DNA from: Tubiluchus corallicola
Taxonomy: Eukaryota; Animalia; Priapulida
Reading direction: 5' to 3'
Length of the DNA stretch: 64,000 nucleotides
Assembly (NCBI GenBank): GCA_030141605.1
Contig: JAQGDQ010001041.1
Coordinates: forward strand, 1 to 64,000
Below, one piece after another: positions 51,948-64,000 of the stretch. The position numbers were made by a program, and so were the translations under genes. Each line of letters starts with the position of its first letter. The first letter of the stretch is position 1. A model generated the notes under the pieces. That model made no database searches. It saw only the letters and a list, made by a program, of their open reading frames with translations, and was not told where the DNA came from.

Positions 51948-54169
51948 CCGCAGAACGTTCGAGGATTCGAGGCCCAGTCGAAGTCTCTTTAGTTTGGCAT
52001 TGCTTTCGTGCGTTCACATGATTGCTAATGTGAAGCTAGTACTTATTACTAGAGCGAGGGTGTTCTAAAAATGTTACCTAAACCGAATAAACTGATTTAG
52101 AATTCTAGAGATGATACTAACTATTCACTTATTTTATGTGTCAAGCAAGTCCAGTTTTTGACTGCAGGTCAACAGCAACCTTTTACTTGTAATTACAGAA
52201 GCCGGAAATACAAATAAACAGGACAACTCAGATTATTTAACAATTCGCTATTCTTTAGGCACTTATTTTGGTCAAACCAATTATCATTTTTGGAAATTAA
52301 TTACAGTAGTCTTAGTGTAACCTGCAGGAAGAAACCTACAGATTAATTCAGCGCCATGCAATAAATACTTGTGTCTCCTCCTATTGCTATATGGAGAACA
52401 AACAGTGGCCAACAACTCACATCGGACCATGGTACCAGTGAAGTATTTGTACAAATAACTGTAAGATCCATAAAATTGTTTTCTCAAGACATTTGACCTG
52501 AATTTCTTAAGTGATCCAGGAGTAAATTACATGATAAAATTTTTCATGTCAAATTTATCCATGACAAACCTTGTATGGGATTGAAGTCTGTTGATTTATT
52601 ACTACCCACAGGCCTATTTCATTATATCTATCACAAATTATCATCAAACTGCTGTTAGCATAAAATATGCTATTATAATAAGGAACTTTCATAAGTGTGC
52701 TATACTCCTCGGAACAGGAAAAACAACCACTACACTCATCTGTCCTTTTTTACTAACGTGCTGACTATATGCTTTAAATATTTACAAAATTTTAGTCATA
52801 AACTGATATAATTATCTTCTTAAACATCCCCACATTGCTCTCTGGGTGGCCCCTATAAGCTGCAGCTTCCTTGGTCTCCCTAAACATACATAATGTAATG
52901 TTGTTGTTTATGTTAGTAAGTTGACAAACGCACGTATTTTTGGCAATAGTTATGTCATGTAGCATATTCTGAAATCTGTTGTAAATGTGAATGCGACTGT
53001 ATGTTATCCCATGTAGCATATTCTGAAATCTGTTGTAAATGTGAATGCGACTGTATGTCCATACTGTACATTACCATTTGAAAAAAATCACCACACGCCT
53101 GTATATTCTATACTGTATAGACCTGTGTTCTCATTTTCGTACATACTTTCGCCTGTATACTCTATACTCTATAGACCTGTGTTCTCATTTTCGTACAAAC
53201 CTTGTCACAGTGTACATGTAGTTCTGGTTTTCGAATTATATCTTACTGACAAATGTGATGTTTAAATAAGGCCACTAAAGTCGTAAGTGGCCATAAATAA
53301 CTCTACTTTTAGTACTAATTTTCATGTAGTGACGATGTTAATTTCATATGCGATCTATTGCTAATATTTTGTAAACCAGCAATAGTATATTTTCCCTTTA
53401 ACTTTAATTTTAAATGCGAAATGGTAAATCTGTCTACAGTCGTTTTTCTCAACTCATTTGTTTACTTGTTAATAACTACTGTTTGTTAATTATGATTTTT
53501 TTCGCTAAATTTTTGCAATTACTTTTTTCTTCTTGTTTTTCGATTTTCTTGTACTTTATAAATTTCAGGCTTATCGCACCAGATTAAAGCCGTACCGTCG
53601 TTTTTGTTATTATTGGTTTGGGCGCATTCACAGTAAAACTGTAGTTATGTTAATTCAAATAAATTGAAATTGAAATTAAATTAAAAGGTGCTTTACCAAT
53701 TGCTGTGCTGTACTTAGTCACATGCAAAAAGCAGTAGTGCTGTAATTTATATTCTGGTGAATGGAGTATATAAATTTCTTATGAACCCAATAATTGCGAA
53801 GTATCATAAACCACTTGCTTTGGAAAGTAATTATGAAGAGGAATCACCCCCCCCTCCCCGTGGCAATTCAACCACCAAGCTAAAAGACCGCGCAAAGTCA
53901 TCTACATCCTCAGGGAAACAAAAATGACCACTTTCTTCCACCATTTCTTTTCAGGCATTCGCAAAATAAGCTCACTTCTTCTGGAGTGTAGACCATTTCC
54001 CCTTGAAGCCTACCAAAGAGCAAGGTTTCTGAACAAACTTAATGAAGCCATGGAGAGCAAACAGTTCTCTTAATACAAAAGAATAAAACAAGCCTTGATG
54101 TAAACAAAGTTGATGCAAATAAAACCAGACCAAAACAGTTTCGATTGAAAAGCGTGTAGGGTCACGCCG

Positions 54170-54222
54170 TGTGTTGAGCAAACAAGGCTAGTCAGTAAAC
54201 GGATGGGAGACCACCTGGGGTT
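54170..54222 (+). mobile_element. 5S rRNA-derived (SINE3-like) fragment
   Basis: GGCTAGTCAGTAAACGGATGGGAGACCACCTGGG matches the 5S IE/C-box region. Confidence 0.55.
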
Positions 54223-56079
54223 CAATACTCTCTCTAGGCAATTTCATTCAGCAAACCGATCCTGGTTTTTACTTCCCGGAGTGCCAATATCCAAACATCT
54301 TAGAGTTGCCGAGGTATCTCTCATGGTGCAGTAGCTCATCTTAGACGACTAGTCGTGTTAAAGAGTGAGATACACGGCCTTCTAGAATCATTCAAATTTA
54401 GGTGGTTTTTCACTGAGTTGTCCAGTTCATAGTTACCTTTGTTTGAAAATGTCGAACTGAGTTAAAAATACATTCCAGTTTCATACGAACCCCAAAACAA
54501 ATCTGCATGGAAAAGCCACTTCCACGTGTAGCTGAAATACCACTTCCGGTTCTGTTGATCAAAAATCCATTTCCTCCTGAACCTGGCGAGAAACACGGTT
54601 GCCAATAGTGCTAACTGATAAGACCATTAAACAACTTTGCCAATAAAAGTGGTCGTTTCTGGTAAATCCAACAAATGATACAACGTTTCCCTGGAGGTAC
54701 ACCAACAGAGAACATTTCTAATTAAAGCTAAGGCCAAAAACATCAGGTTTTAGTCGAAACCATTTATCCTACGCACTACATCTGCTCTCGTACAGACCAT
54801 TTATTTACCTCCAACCGTATCGATTCCCACTAATATCAGTCTGTAGTACAAGAGAACGATTTCTTAAGAGGCTAATCAGCCTGCCAGAGTTCAAGTATGT
54901 AACAACTGATCATGTCACAATGATTATAGAGACAAGGCACTCCTCTGCGTGCGCCCTCTGTGTGTAGCAGACGTAACAACTGATCATGTCATAATGATTA
55001 TAGAGACAAGGCACTCCTCTGCGTGCGCCCTCTGTGTGTAACAGAGAAAAATAAGATGAATAGTGAGGCAGTGAACGTCAAGCTACCAGATTGTCCAGGA
55101 CTAGGGCGTTCAGGCTCCTCAAATAGTTGCAAAACGGGAGCATGCTAACAGCGAGTCCAATAACGCTAGTCAATAGTACTGTTCACACTATGGAGAAGAT
55201 ACAGGACGCGTCTTGAATCTTCTTAATCTATTTCAGACATTTAATAGCTTTGCCTACTTGTACTCATTTTTACGGTTTTGATATGTGGCTTTTTTTCCTC
55301 TCTGTCATTAAAAACACAAATACACACCCAACGAAAAGTGTTTGATCAGGGCGGATCCAGCAAGCTAAAAGATACGCCCTGTTTACATTAAAAATAATAC
55401 GGGTCCTGGATACGCGCATGTTCTATGATCACATAAAGGAGGTAGGCGCCAATAATCACTACCTACAATCGTCTTTCAGGCTGTCTGACTATTTACACTA
55501 GGTGCGAATCTAAAAATTACACTGAGGGTGGAATATTTTCTGTCTAGTGTACAAGGAGTGACTCCGTCAAACCTGTCTAGAAAATGGTACATAAATATGC
55601 ACACGAAAGTGACCCTGCCCATCAAATATGGCAATCAATTTTCACACCGGAATACTCACTCGCAATATTCTAAACTCATAAAAACTCGCAAGCAACAATA
55701 AAAGCACCAAAGATGCTCATATACGAAGCCACATTATCACTTATCGCTGCAGGAGTGAAGCCAGTATTCAGATATGGCAAAATAAAAGTGCTCGTAAACG
55801 AAAATGCAAGCGTCACGTAGAGAAAACAACGGCATAGATTATATTGTATCGCAACTTTGCTATGAATTTAGTACCCCACAGTGCTTAACTTGACATAGCA
55901 CCTCGTAAAAAAGACACAGGTAATAAATAATAAAGTAGAACAACACACACGTTGTTGGTAAGACTACGAACGGGGATTTTGACGTCAGTGATGCATACAC
56001 TTGTTGCCAGTACAGTACACTGTAATACCAGCATCTGCTGCTGCTTAATGTATTGCGAAGATGATGTTGCTGGTGCCAA

Positions 56080-56557
56080 TACTGCTACCGCCATCATCAC
56101 CATAACTGCCACCACCATTATTATCATTTACACTGCGACCATCACTGCTGTCATCATTGACACCACCACTGCCGTCGCCACAACTACAACCACCACTACC
56201 ACTACCATCACCAACAAAAACACCATCAACACTAGTACCACTGCCATCGCCACCACCACAACCTCCACCATCACCAACACGAACACCACCACCACCACAG
56301 TCACCACAACCACCACCATCAATACAATCACCACTATCGTCGCTATCATCACCACAATCACTACCACTGCCACTGCCACTGCCACCGTCATCATAACTAC
56401 CACATCACCACAACCATCACAACCATCACTGTCACCACATCAGCAATGGTCACCATCACCATCATTACCCACAACACTACTACCACCACCACAGAAGCCT
56501 TTGCAACCACAACCACTGCCTTTGCCACCGCCACCAGCATCGTTACCACCACAACAC
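56080..56557. repeat. (ACC/ATC)-rich low-complexity repeat
   Basis: Seen directly. Confidence 0.9.
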
Positions 56558-57679
56558 TTTGATTAGTAATTCATTATCTTGAATTGTGTCAAAACGTTAA
56601 AACTAAAAAAATCAACACCACAAAGGCAATACATTGCTACATAGAGACTCCAGGAAACTACAATGAACAGAAAATCACACGGCCAAGACCATCACGTATG
56701 TTGCCAGCAATGGCTATGAACAGCTAGCAAATCACCAGTATAATCAGAATAATGTTATCAGAACAGATGTATTGATCACCCAGCACTTGCTACATCAGTC
56801 AAAGTTAGACTAGTTCAGACAATAAAATAACTTAATGGGCCAACAATCATAACACCAGGACGAAGCCAGTCGTGTAATTGATATTTCACGCCTGAGCGAG
56901 TTCGCAAAACTCGCATCAGCTGCCGTGAATCCTACTTAAAATACATTAATTCCGTTACGTTTATGCTCACGCTTACGCGGGAATGTAATTCCAGGTAAAG
57001 CAAACGCATTCAAACCGAAACCTGATCTAAAAACAAGGCTTCCCAGTAATGCCCAGGCATAAATTCATCGTCAAAATGTTTTCCATTTCAATTAAATTAG
57101 CCAGTGCCGCGTGCAACAAATTTACAGTCCTGTTAAAGCCATAGTTACCAATTGAAGCCGTGCGCATAAACAAAGCACAAATTAGCGAAATGCAACATCT
57201 GCTAGGCAATTGAAATCGATACTCTTAGCTGTAGTATGCACAATGAAACCATAACATGGCTTCTCTTGAAACCAAACACTAATCGATAATAGGATAAAAC
57301 GATTAGCGAAAATCGCGGTAAGCTTATAGCTGCAGACGTAAGAAGTTCTTTTTGTGCGACTGGACATTAGTGGTGTTAAAGCTCAACAAGCTTTGCCTCA
57401 TTTCTACTGCACAAAATTTCCTGGAGGATTGTTGGAAATCCACTTATAGATGATTCACTTACCAAGGATGAATAATGAAAGTTTGCTTGAAGGCTTAGCT
57501 AGCTGGGTGTAAAATGTGTTGTTCAAGGGCAGTTGTTAGGACAGTGAAAACTTGGACATTCATTTTGCCCAATTCAGATAATGAAATAGATTGTATAATT
57601 GAATAAAACAAATTTATGTTTTTGACTGTATGATTTTTTTTATAAATATAGGAGTTTTGAAGGTTGCGTATTGCAATAG

Positions 57680-57928
57680 CTACTGCCGCTGCCACTGTCA
57701 CTATCACTGTCACTGTCGCTGCCGCTGTCACTGTCACTGTCACTGTCACTGCCACTGCCACTGCCACTGCCACTGTCACTGTCACTGTCACTGTCATTGC
57801 CACTGTAACTCCCACTGTCACTGTCACTGCCACTGCCACTGTCACTGCCACTGCCACTGCCACTGCCACTGCCACTATCACTACCGATACAAGTACCACT
57901 GCCACTACAACAATCGCTACAACGACTA
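57680..57928. repeat. (GYCACT)n hexanucleotide repeat
   Basis: Seen directly. Confidence 0.93.
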
Positions 57929-59074
57929 GAGCGGTGCGTGAAAATTCCTGACAGAACCTTTTTAACAAAAACGACGATTTCTTGTACAATATTATTGAGT
58001 TTTTACCAAGCGAGAGAACATTAGCGGCCATCTTGAAGTTGCATTATTTAGGACGTGTCGCCTGGGCTGAATTATTTGGATATGAGCTACCCGGTGGCAT
58101 GTACAACTCAACCCAACTGAGAGGTTTCTGTTGCTTTGGTTCTGACTTTAGTACATAATGAAGGGGACTGATATCTCAAATGTGCTTCAAAATCAGAAAC
58201 AGTTTCATAGTAAACAACAGCCATACTGTTATTACTCACCGCTGGGTTTCTCGTAATACTCCCACGCAGTTTGACTTGTGAGCTAACAAGTGGGCATCAG
58301 AAGCCAGATTACTTGTAATCCTAAGATTATATCACGTTGCCATAAGCTCTCTGAAGCCACAGAAGCCAATTAAAAGCGATCTTGACTATAAATGCTTAGC
58401 ACAGCGCGATTTTTGCTCATGTGACAGCATTGACAAAAGAAGCGGCTGCGGTAATACGATGGAACGCAAGCGTCAAAATTAAATTATTTAGAAAATTATA
58501 ATTAGGCGACCTTCACAACTGCACTGTTGTCTATTCTTCACCTCAAAAACTCGCTTTGTTACCTTGCAATAAATTCAATTTGAAACGACCTCTCATGCCA
58601 TCAACTTCCTATTCATCAGTCTTACATTCCAGCCAGAAAAATGCCACGCCCCCCCCCATCCACTAGGCCATCTACCAGTAATGTTAACCACCAAGCAATA
58701 TAAAAAAGGCACATTCCACATATATTGACAATCTCACTTACCAAGAATGCTTATAAGCGGCGAATTTTACCATTTAAACACAGTTTTACAGGCATTGTAC
58801 GTTAATTGAAAAAAAATAATTGTGACTGTGAATATTTTATCGCTGTTTTGAAATATGAATAGTTACGTACAACTACAAAAAGACCAAACTATAAAGAGAC
58901 TCCAAAAATAATAAACAAAAAAGCAGTAATAAGTCCCTTCGCCTAAGTGCGAAACAAGAGAAAACGAACTATATTATTTGAAATGATAGTGAAGATCACA
59001 ACAACTGTAGCCTGGAAAAAACCTCGTTTTATTTCAGAACAAACGGCTTCAACGGATTGATTCTATAAAACATT

Positions 59075-59590
59075 TCACCTCAACTCACTTCGTCTCAACC
59101 CACCTCCCCTCCCCCATCTCACTCTCACCTCTGCTCCCTCATCATAACTCATCATCATTATCATCATACGCCCGTCACGTCTACTGTAGACATTGGGCAG
59201 GCAGAATTCTAAAATAAAAGAAAGGAATATTTAATCCATCTCCCCGGTGCATTGTTAACAATCTGACCATTTAATTTGGCTGAGCATGATTATGCTTTCA
59301 GAGTTAACTCATCATAACTCATGTCATCTTATCTCATCTGACCACCTCAAATCACTTCATATCACCTCATCGCCTTAACTCTGCTCACCTTCCCTCATCT
59401 CACATCGTGTTATCTCATCAGTCATAATCTCACCTCAGCTTAACTCACCTCGCTTCACTTCACTTCATCTCAACTCATCTCATCTCAGCTGGTCTCCTCA
59501 CCTCACATCATCTCACCTCATCTCATCACCTCACCTTTTTTATCTCGTTTCATCGCATCTGACCACACCTCAATGTAATTCATCTCACCA
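59075..59590. repeat. Degenerate (CTCAY)n pentanucleotide tract
   Basis: CTCAC/CTCAT-rich sequence, interrupted at about 59170-59307. Confidence 0.75.
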
Positions 59591-60200
59591 GTACAACAGA
59601 ATTAGCTGTTCACTGCAGCAGTTAACACATGGAACTCAACGAACAATCAGCTGAAAAATTTCCACTTTTTACTGGCCCACCAACAAACTCAATTTCACTG
59701 ACTTTCTGCACCAATAACTCACGGAAATCACTGTGCATAGAATGGAAACTATATGATTTCTGCAACACAGACTGACTTTGCACTGCGTGTGGATATTTAA
59801 TCCATCTCCCCGGTGCATTGTTAACAATCTGACCATTTAATTTAGCTGAGCACGATTATGCTTTCAGAGTTAAGATCACTGTAAATATTTGCATTTTGAC
59901 CCTCTCCTTGCCTGAGAGGTTCCTATTGAAGAGAAGCTGAACTTCGTGTCTTGATTGTCTCAGTAATTAGCTGATCAAACTTCACAGGGATGCTGCCGCT
60001 TAGAGAGTCAGTACCGTTATTGTTAGCTGTTCAGATGGGAATAACTTAATTTCAAAAATTGTGGACTGGCGGACCCATTTTCACTCGCATTTTACCGCAT
60101 ACTGGCACACCAACACCTTACATTTACGTTCAGCTAGAAATTAGTAGTTGACACCACTCTCCAAGCAAAAATAGCGCTTCAGAACGCTAAGCAAGACCAC

Positions 60201-60260
60201 ATTGACATCTCTAGGGCTTTCAATAAGCTCTAGCATAAACGCCTACTCCACAAATTTCAA
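60201..60260 (+). pseudogene. LINE (CR1/L2-like) reverse transcriptase relic
   Basis: Translates as IDISRAFNKL*HKRLLHKFQ (compare DISKAFDRVWHxGLLxKL). Confidence 0.65.
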
Positions 60261-60619
60261 CCTTTTACAATAAACACCATATTTTGAAAAATATAAAAAC
60301 AAACAAGTGACAACATGCTGATTATCATATTATTACTTCAACATATGCAGACTGCAGTTGTGTGGTGACTAATTTTGGAGACTGTGGTTACTCATAAATA
60401 ATGGTATTTAAACTGCATGGTCACTTCTTTGTGGAACAGCACTGCTTCTGTTTCAGAAAGATTGTGTCTTGACCAGGTCCTTGTCAGGGACCTCCTTTTG
60501 AGTGCTTTTCCAGCCACATTCTCAAGAACCGTTACGTCTTGCCCATATGCCAGCATTATAATCACATAAGATTATTAATAAAGTATTATCGCTTATAATT
60601 GCAGGTCATTAGAAGTAAT

Positions 60620-60697
60620 CTTGTTCATATCATTCATGTAAATCCAAAACAGTAAAGGGCTATGTATTGAGCCTTGCGGTATCCCAGCTATTATCCA
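60620..60697 (-). pseudogene. LINE reverse transcriptase relic
   Basis: Translates as WIIAGIPQGSIHSPLLFWIYMNDMNK (compare GxPQGSILGPLLFLIYxND). Confidence 0.75.
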
Positions 60698-63024
60698 CTT
60701 GGGGGATTTCCTTGCAATCTGATAAATTCGTGTTGAATCTTTTCTTTTTTAATTTGTCTGATTTGTTTTTAAAGTGTAGATAAAACTTTGGTTACACTGC
60801 ACCATTAAAACACTCAACGAGCCTAAGGCATTTTAACTTTTGAAACATTTCCTTCGTCTAAGTCACTAACTCTTCAGCACAAGCTTTCTGAAACTTTTTC
60901 ACGACTCAATTAAATAGCTACGGCTCAATGTCGCAGCTTCACGCACTGAACGACGAAATGCCCTTTCACTATTGCCTTTATAGTATTCAATAAAATTAAT
61001 GGCAAAACCTATTTATACCCGATTAATGTCGAGCGGTTTACTACAATTTATTTACCCTTTCTCTTCATTTCAAAGTATAGCATCAGTTTCTTCATATCAA
61101 TCATAGGATTACCTCTACAAGTAGCGTTTAATGCTGTCAGATTGTTAGCATTAGCGATGACAAATCTTTAAAAGCTCTAAATTCTTTGCAAATATCGTTG
61201 TCATTTACATTTCATATTTTACATCTGGATGAGGGACAGGCAGCCAGTTGAAAGGACAGTCAAAAGCTATACTGAATACACGAATACTTTTTCATCAAAA
61301 CAAAAAACTTATTTTAATAACTGTTACACATTAGGGGTTAATTAGTGCTATTGTTATGCATACGTAAATATAAGTTCTCTTTTTTATTTTTGTAAATAGT
61401 AAGTTTATGTATTTGTAATTAAATTTACTAGCAATTAGTAGTATTATTATGCATATGTAAATATTTTTAACTGCTTTAACTTTTTAATTTTTGTAAATAG
61501 TAAGTTTATGTCTTTGTAATTAGTTTTACTAGTAATCCCATTTTTCTAGTAATCCCATTTTTATGGCTTAATACATGTAATGTCTGCGAACTGAGTTGGT
61601 GGACCCTATTATTAGAGGACCCTAAATGTTAAATTACAGGATCCTAAACTTAAATAAACTGACATTTTACTCGACTACTGTGTGGATGCTATCAAGTGAC
61701 ATCAATTTGAAGAAAATAACTCTAGTCAGGTATGCACATGGTGTTGCACATACAGAATCCACTGGACTCACTACAACTCACTGATAAACTGACAGTCATA
61801 AATGAACGTAAAAAGGGCTACCGTAAGACAAAATAGAATAAAAAATCCGTCTACAATGGAAAAGGTTTGTCCAACTGTATTTCCACCTTCAAAACAAAAA
61901 TAGCCAAAATGGCATCGTTTCTAAATTCCACAAAAGAACTGATAAAGTGTCTATTAATATCAGAAATGGTCTCTGTCCAGGTACCACTTTTCAGAGAATA
62001 GAAGCCAGAAGTATGCTATCCATCAATTCAACAACAGAACTGATTTGTTCATTCCTTTCCAAGAGCAAAAGAGGACATCATCTTCAAAGCCGCAGCAGAA
62101 GCCTGCACATATGAGTACGAATCCTAGCATGGAAGGCCAGAAAAGAACCAAAAAAATCTTCAAAATTCCACAATCGGATACCTTCCATCTCTGTACTATC
62201 TAGCTGCAAACCAACCATTAGCAGGCAGTGAGTCACTTGCAATCAAACTGCTTTCAATTTTAGAGAATCACTCTAAATTTTTGCGGACCACAAACACTGT
62301 TTCTGTTCAGCTTAATCAGTTGCGATAAGAAAGAAGGTTTAACAAAGCGAAACTTAACAAGAGCGCCTGTTTGTCGGGACAAATGTCTTTTTAATTACCT
62401 GCTAGTAAAAGCTAAAGACAAGCAGAGCCAAGATGCAATTTAATTATGTTGGATGCTGCTGATTTAATATGTAGTCATCTAACAGAGCAGAAACTAGTGC
62501 GAAGTGCTTAAGGCAGTATTCACGCAGAGAATACAGTGAAATAGAAAACCACACTGATACTGTGGCTACGCTTTTTTTACCTATCCTTGAATCCATCCCT
62601 TGAAACTATTTTCTCCCCTGTTAGAAAGACGGTACTCTCGCGTCTTAATAAAAACGATTAGGCGCTAAACTCCAAAAATGGAAACGTCCGCTTTAGATGA
62701 TATGCAATAGGTATTCAAAAGTTATTCTTTTTAAAGTAAAATCTTTTCATTAACTAAGAAATGAGTGACAACATTACGACATTAAAGACGTACAATTAAA
62801 AATTATTTTTGTCTGGTGTTTAAATAACCGAAGTTGAACAGAACATGTGACCCTTGCAACTAAATTATCACGATCTGAATTAATGCACAAATTTTCTCTT
62901 TAAGACAAATAAACGTGCCAAAATACTTCCCGAATTTGCCAATTCCTTTTTTCTAAACCGTTTTGGGTATTAACCTGGAGACATCTTAGCATCACTTCTG
63001 TCAATTGCAGTTTAAATCTCCATG

Positions 63025-64000
63025 GGATGAGATTAAGCAACCATCTAAGAACGATCTCATTCCACGAGATGAGACAAAGTGGCCTATCGAGAGAACCGTC
63101 TCATTCTATGAGATGAGACAAAGTAGCCTAACGAGAGAATCATTTGATTCTATGAGATGAGACAAAATAGCCTATCAAGGTAATCATTTCATACTATGAG
63201 ATGAGACAAAGTAGCCTATCGAGGTAATCATTTCATACTATGAGATGAGACAAAGTAGCGCATCGAGAGAATCATCTCATACAATGAGATGAGACAAAGT
63301 AGCCTATCGAGAGAATCATCTCATTCTATGAGATGAGACAAAGTAGCCTATCGAGGTAATCATTTCATACTATGAGATGAGACAAAGTAGCCTATCGAGA
63401 GAATCATCTCATACAATGAGATGAGACAAAGTAGCCTATCGAGGTAATCATTTCATACAAAAACAAAACCACAAACAACAAAAACAAACCACAAAACAAT
63501 CGAGAATCATTCATACATGAGATGAGACAAAGTAGCCTACGAAACAACTATGAGATGAGACAAAGTAGCCTATCGAGGTAATCATTTCATACTATGAGAT
63601 GAGACAAAGTGGCCTAACGAGAGAATCATTTGATTCTATGAGATGAGACAAAGTAGCCTATCGAGGTAATCATTTCATACTATGAGATGAGACAAAGTAG
63701 CCCATCGAGAGAATCATCTCATTCTATGAGATGAGACAAAGTAGCCTATCGAGGTAATCATTTCATACTATGAGATGAGACAAAGTAGCCTATCGAGAGA
63801 ATCATCTCATACAATGAGATGAGACAAAGTAGCCTATCGAGGTAATCATTTCATACTATGAGATGAGACAAAGTAGCCTATCGAGAGAATCATCTCATTC
63901 TATGAGATGAGACAAAGTAGCCCATCGAGAGAATCATCTCATTCTATGAGATGAGACAAAGTAGCCTATCGAGGTAATCATTTCATTCTATGAGATGAGA
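63025..64000. repeat. 44-bp minisatellite (TATGAGATGAGACAAAGTAGCCTATCGAGAGAATCATCTCATTC) running off the window end
   Basis: GAGATGAGAC recurs at 63066, 63110 and onward, about 20 copies. Confidence 0.95.

Noticed and set aside
61640-62460. Possible LINE endonuclease or other coding relic (also about 26560-27000 and 52284-52600)
   Set aside because: The composition looks coding-like, but I could not identify a convincing motif. BLASTX would be needed.

Overview
AT-rich metazoan (invertebrate-like) genomic DNA. There is one clear host gene: a three-coding-exon, minus-strand neuronal calcium sensor (NCS-2-like, 188 aa; exons 21068-20952, 14550-14278, 11751-11575). Its first coding exon has an upstream splice acceptor, so much of 21079-64000 may be a 5'-UTR intron or intergenic DNA. 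The rest is mostly MITEs (several TTAA-flanked Kolobok/T2-like), SINE and LINE relics, and many mini/microsatellites. The standout is a GC/CpG-rich 3.1-kb element at 363-3450 with near-identical ~700-bp TIRs and AGTAG...CTACT termini, resembling a Polinton/Maverick. It has no integrase, polymerase or capsid genes. It carries a compact overlapping minus-strand cassette: (i) a small basic protein with a histone H3-tail-like segment (PRKQ...ARKSAP...VIKK), (ii) a DnaQ/DEDD-like protein and (iii) a divergent TBP-fold protein. Its TIRs are dense in host transcription-factor-like motifs. All family assignments are from motif recognition by eye; no searches were run.
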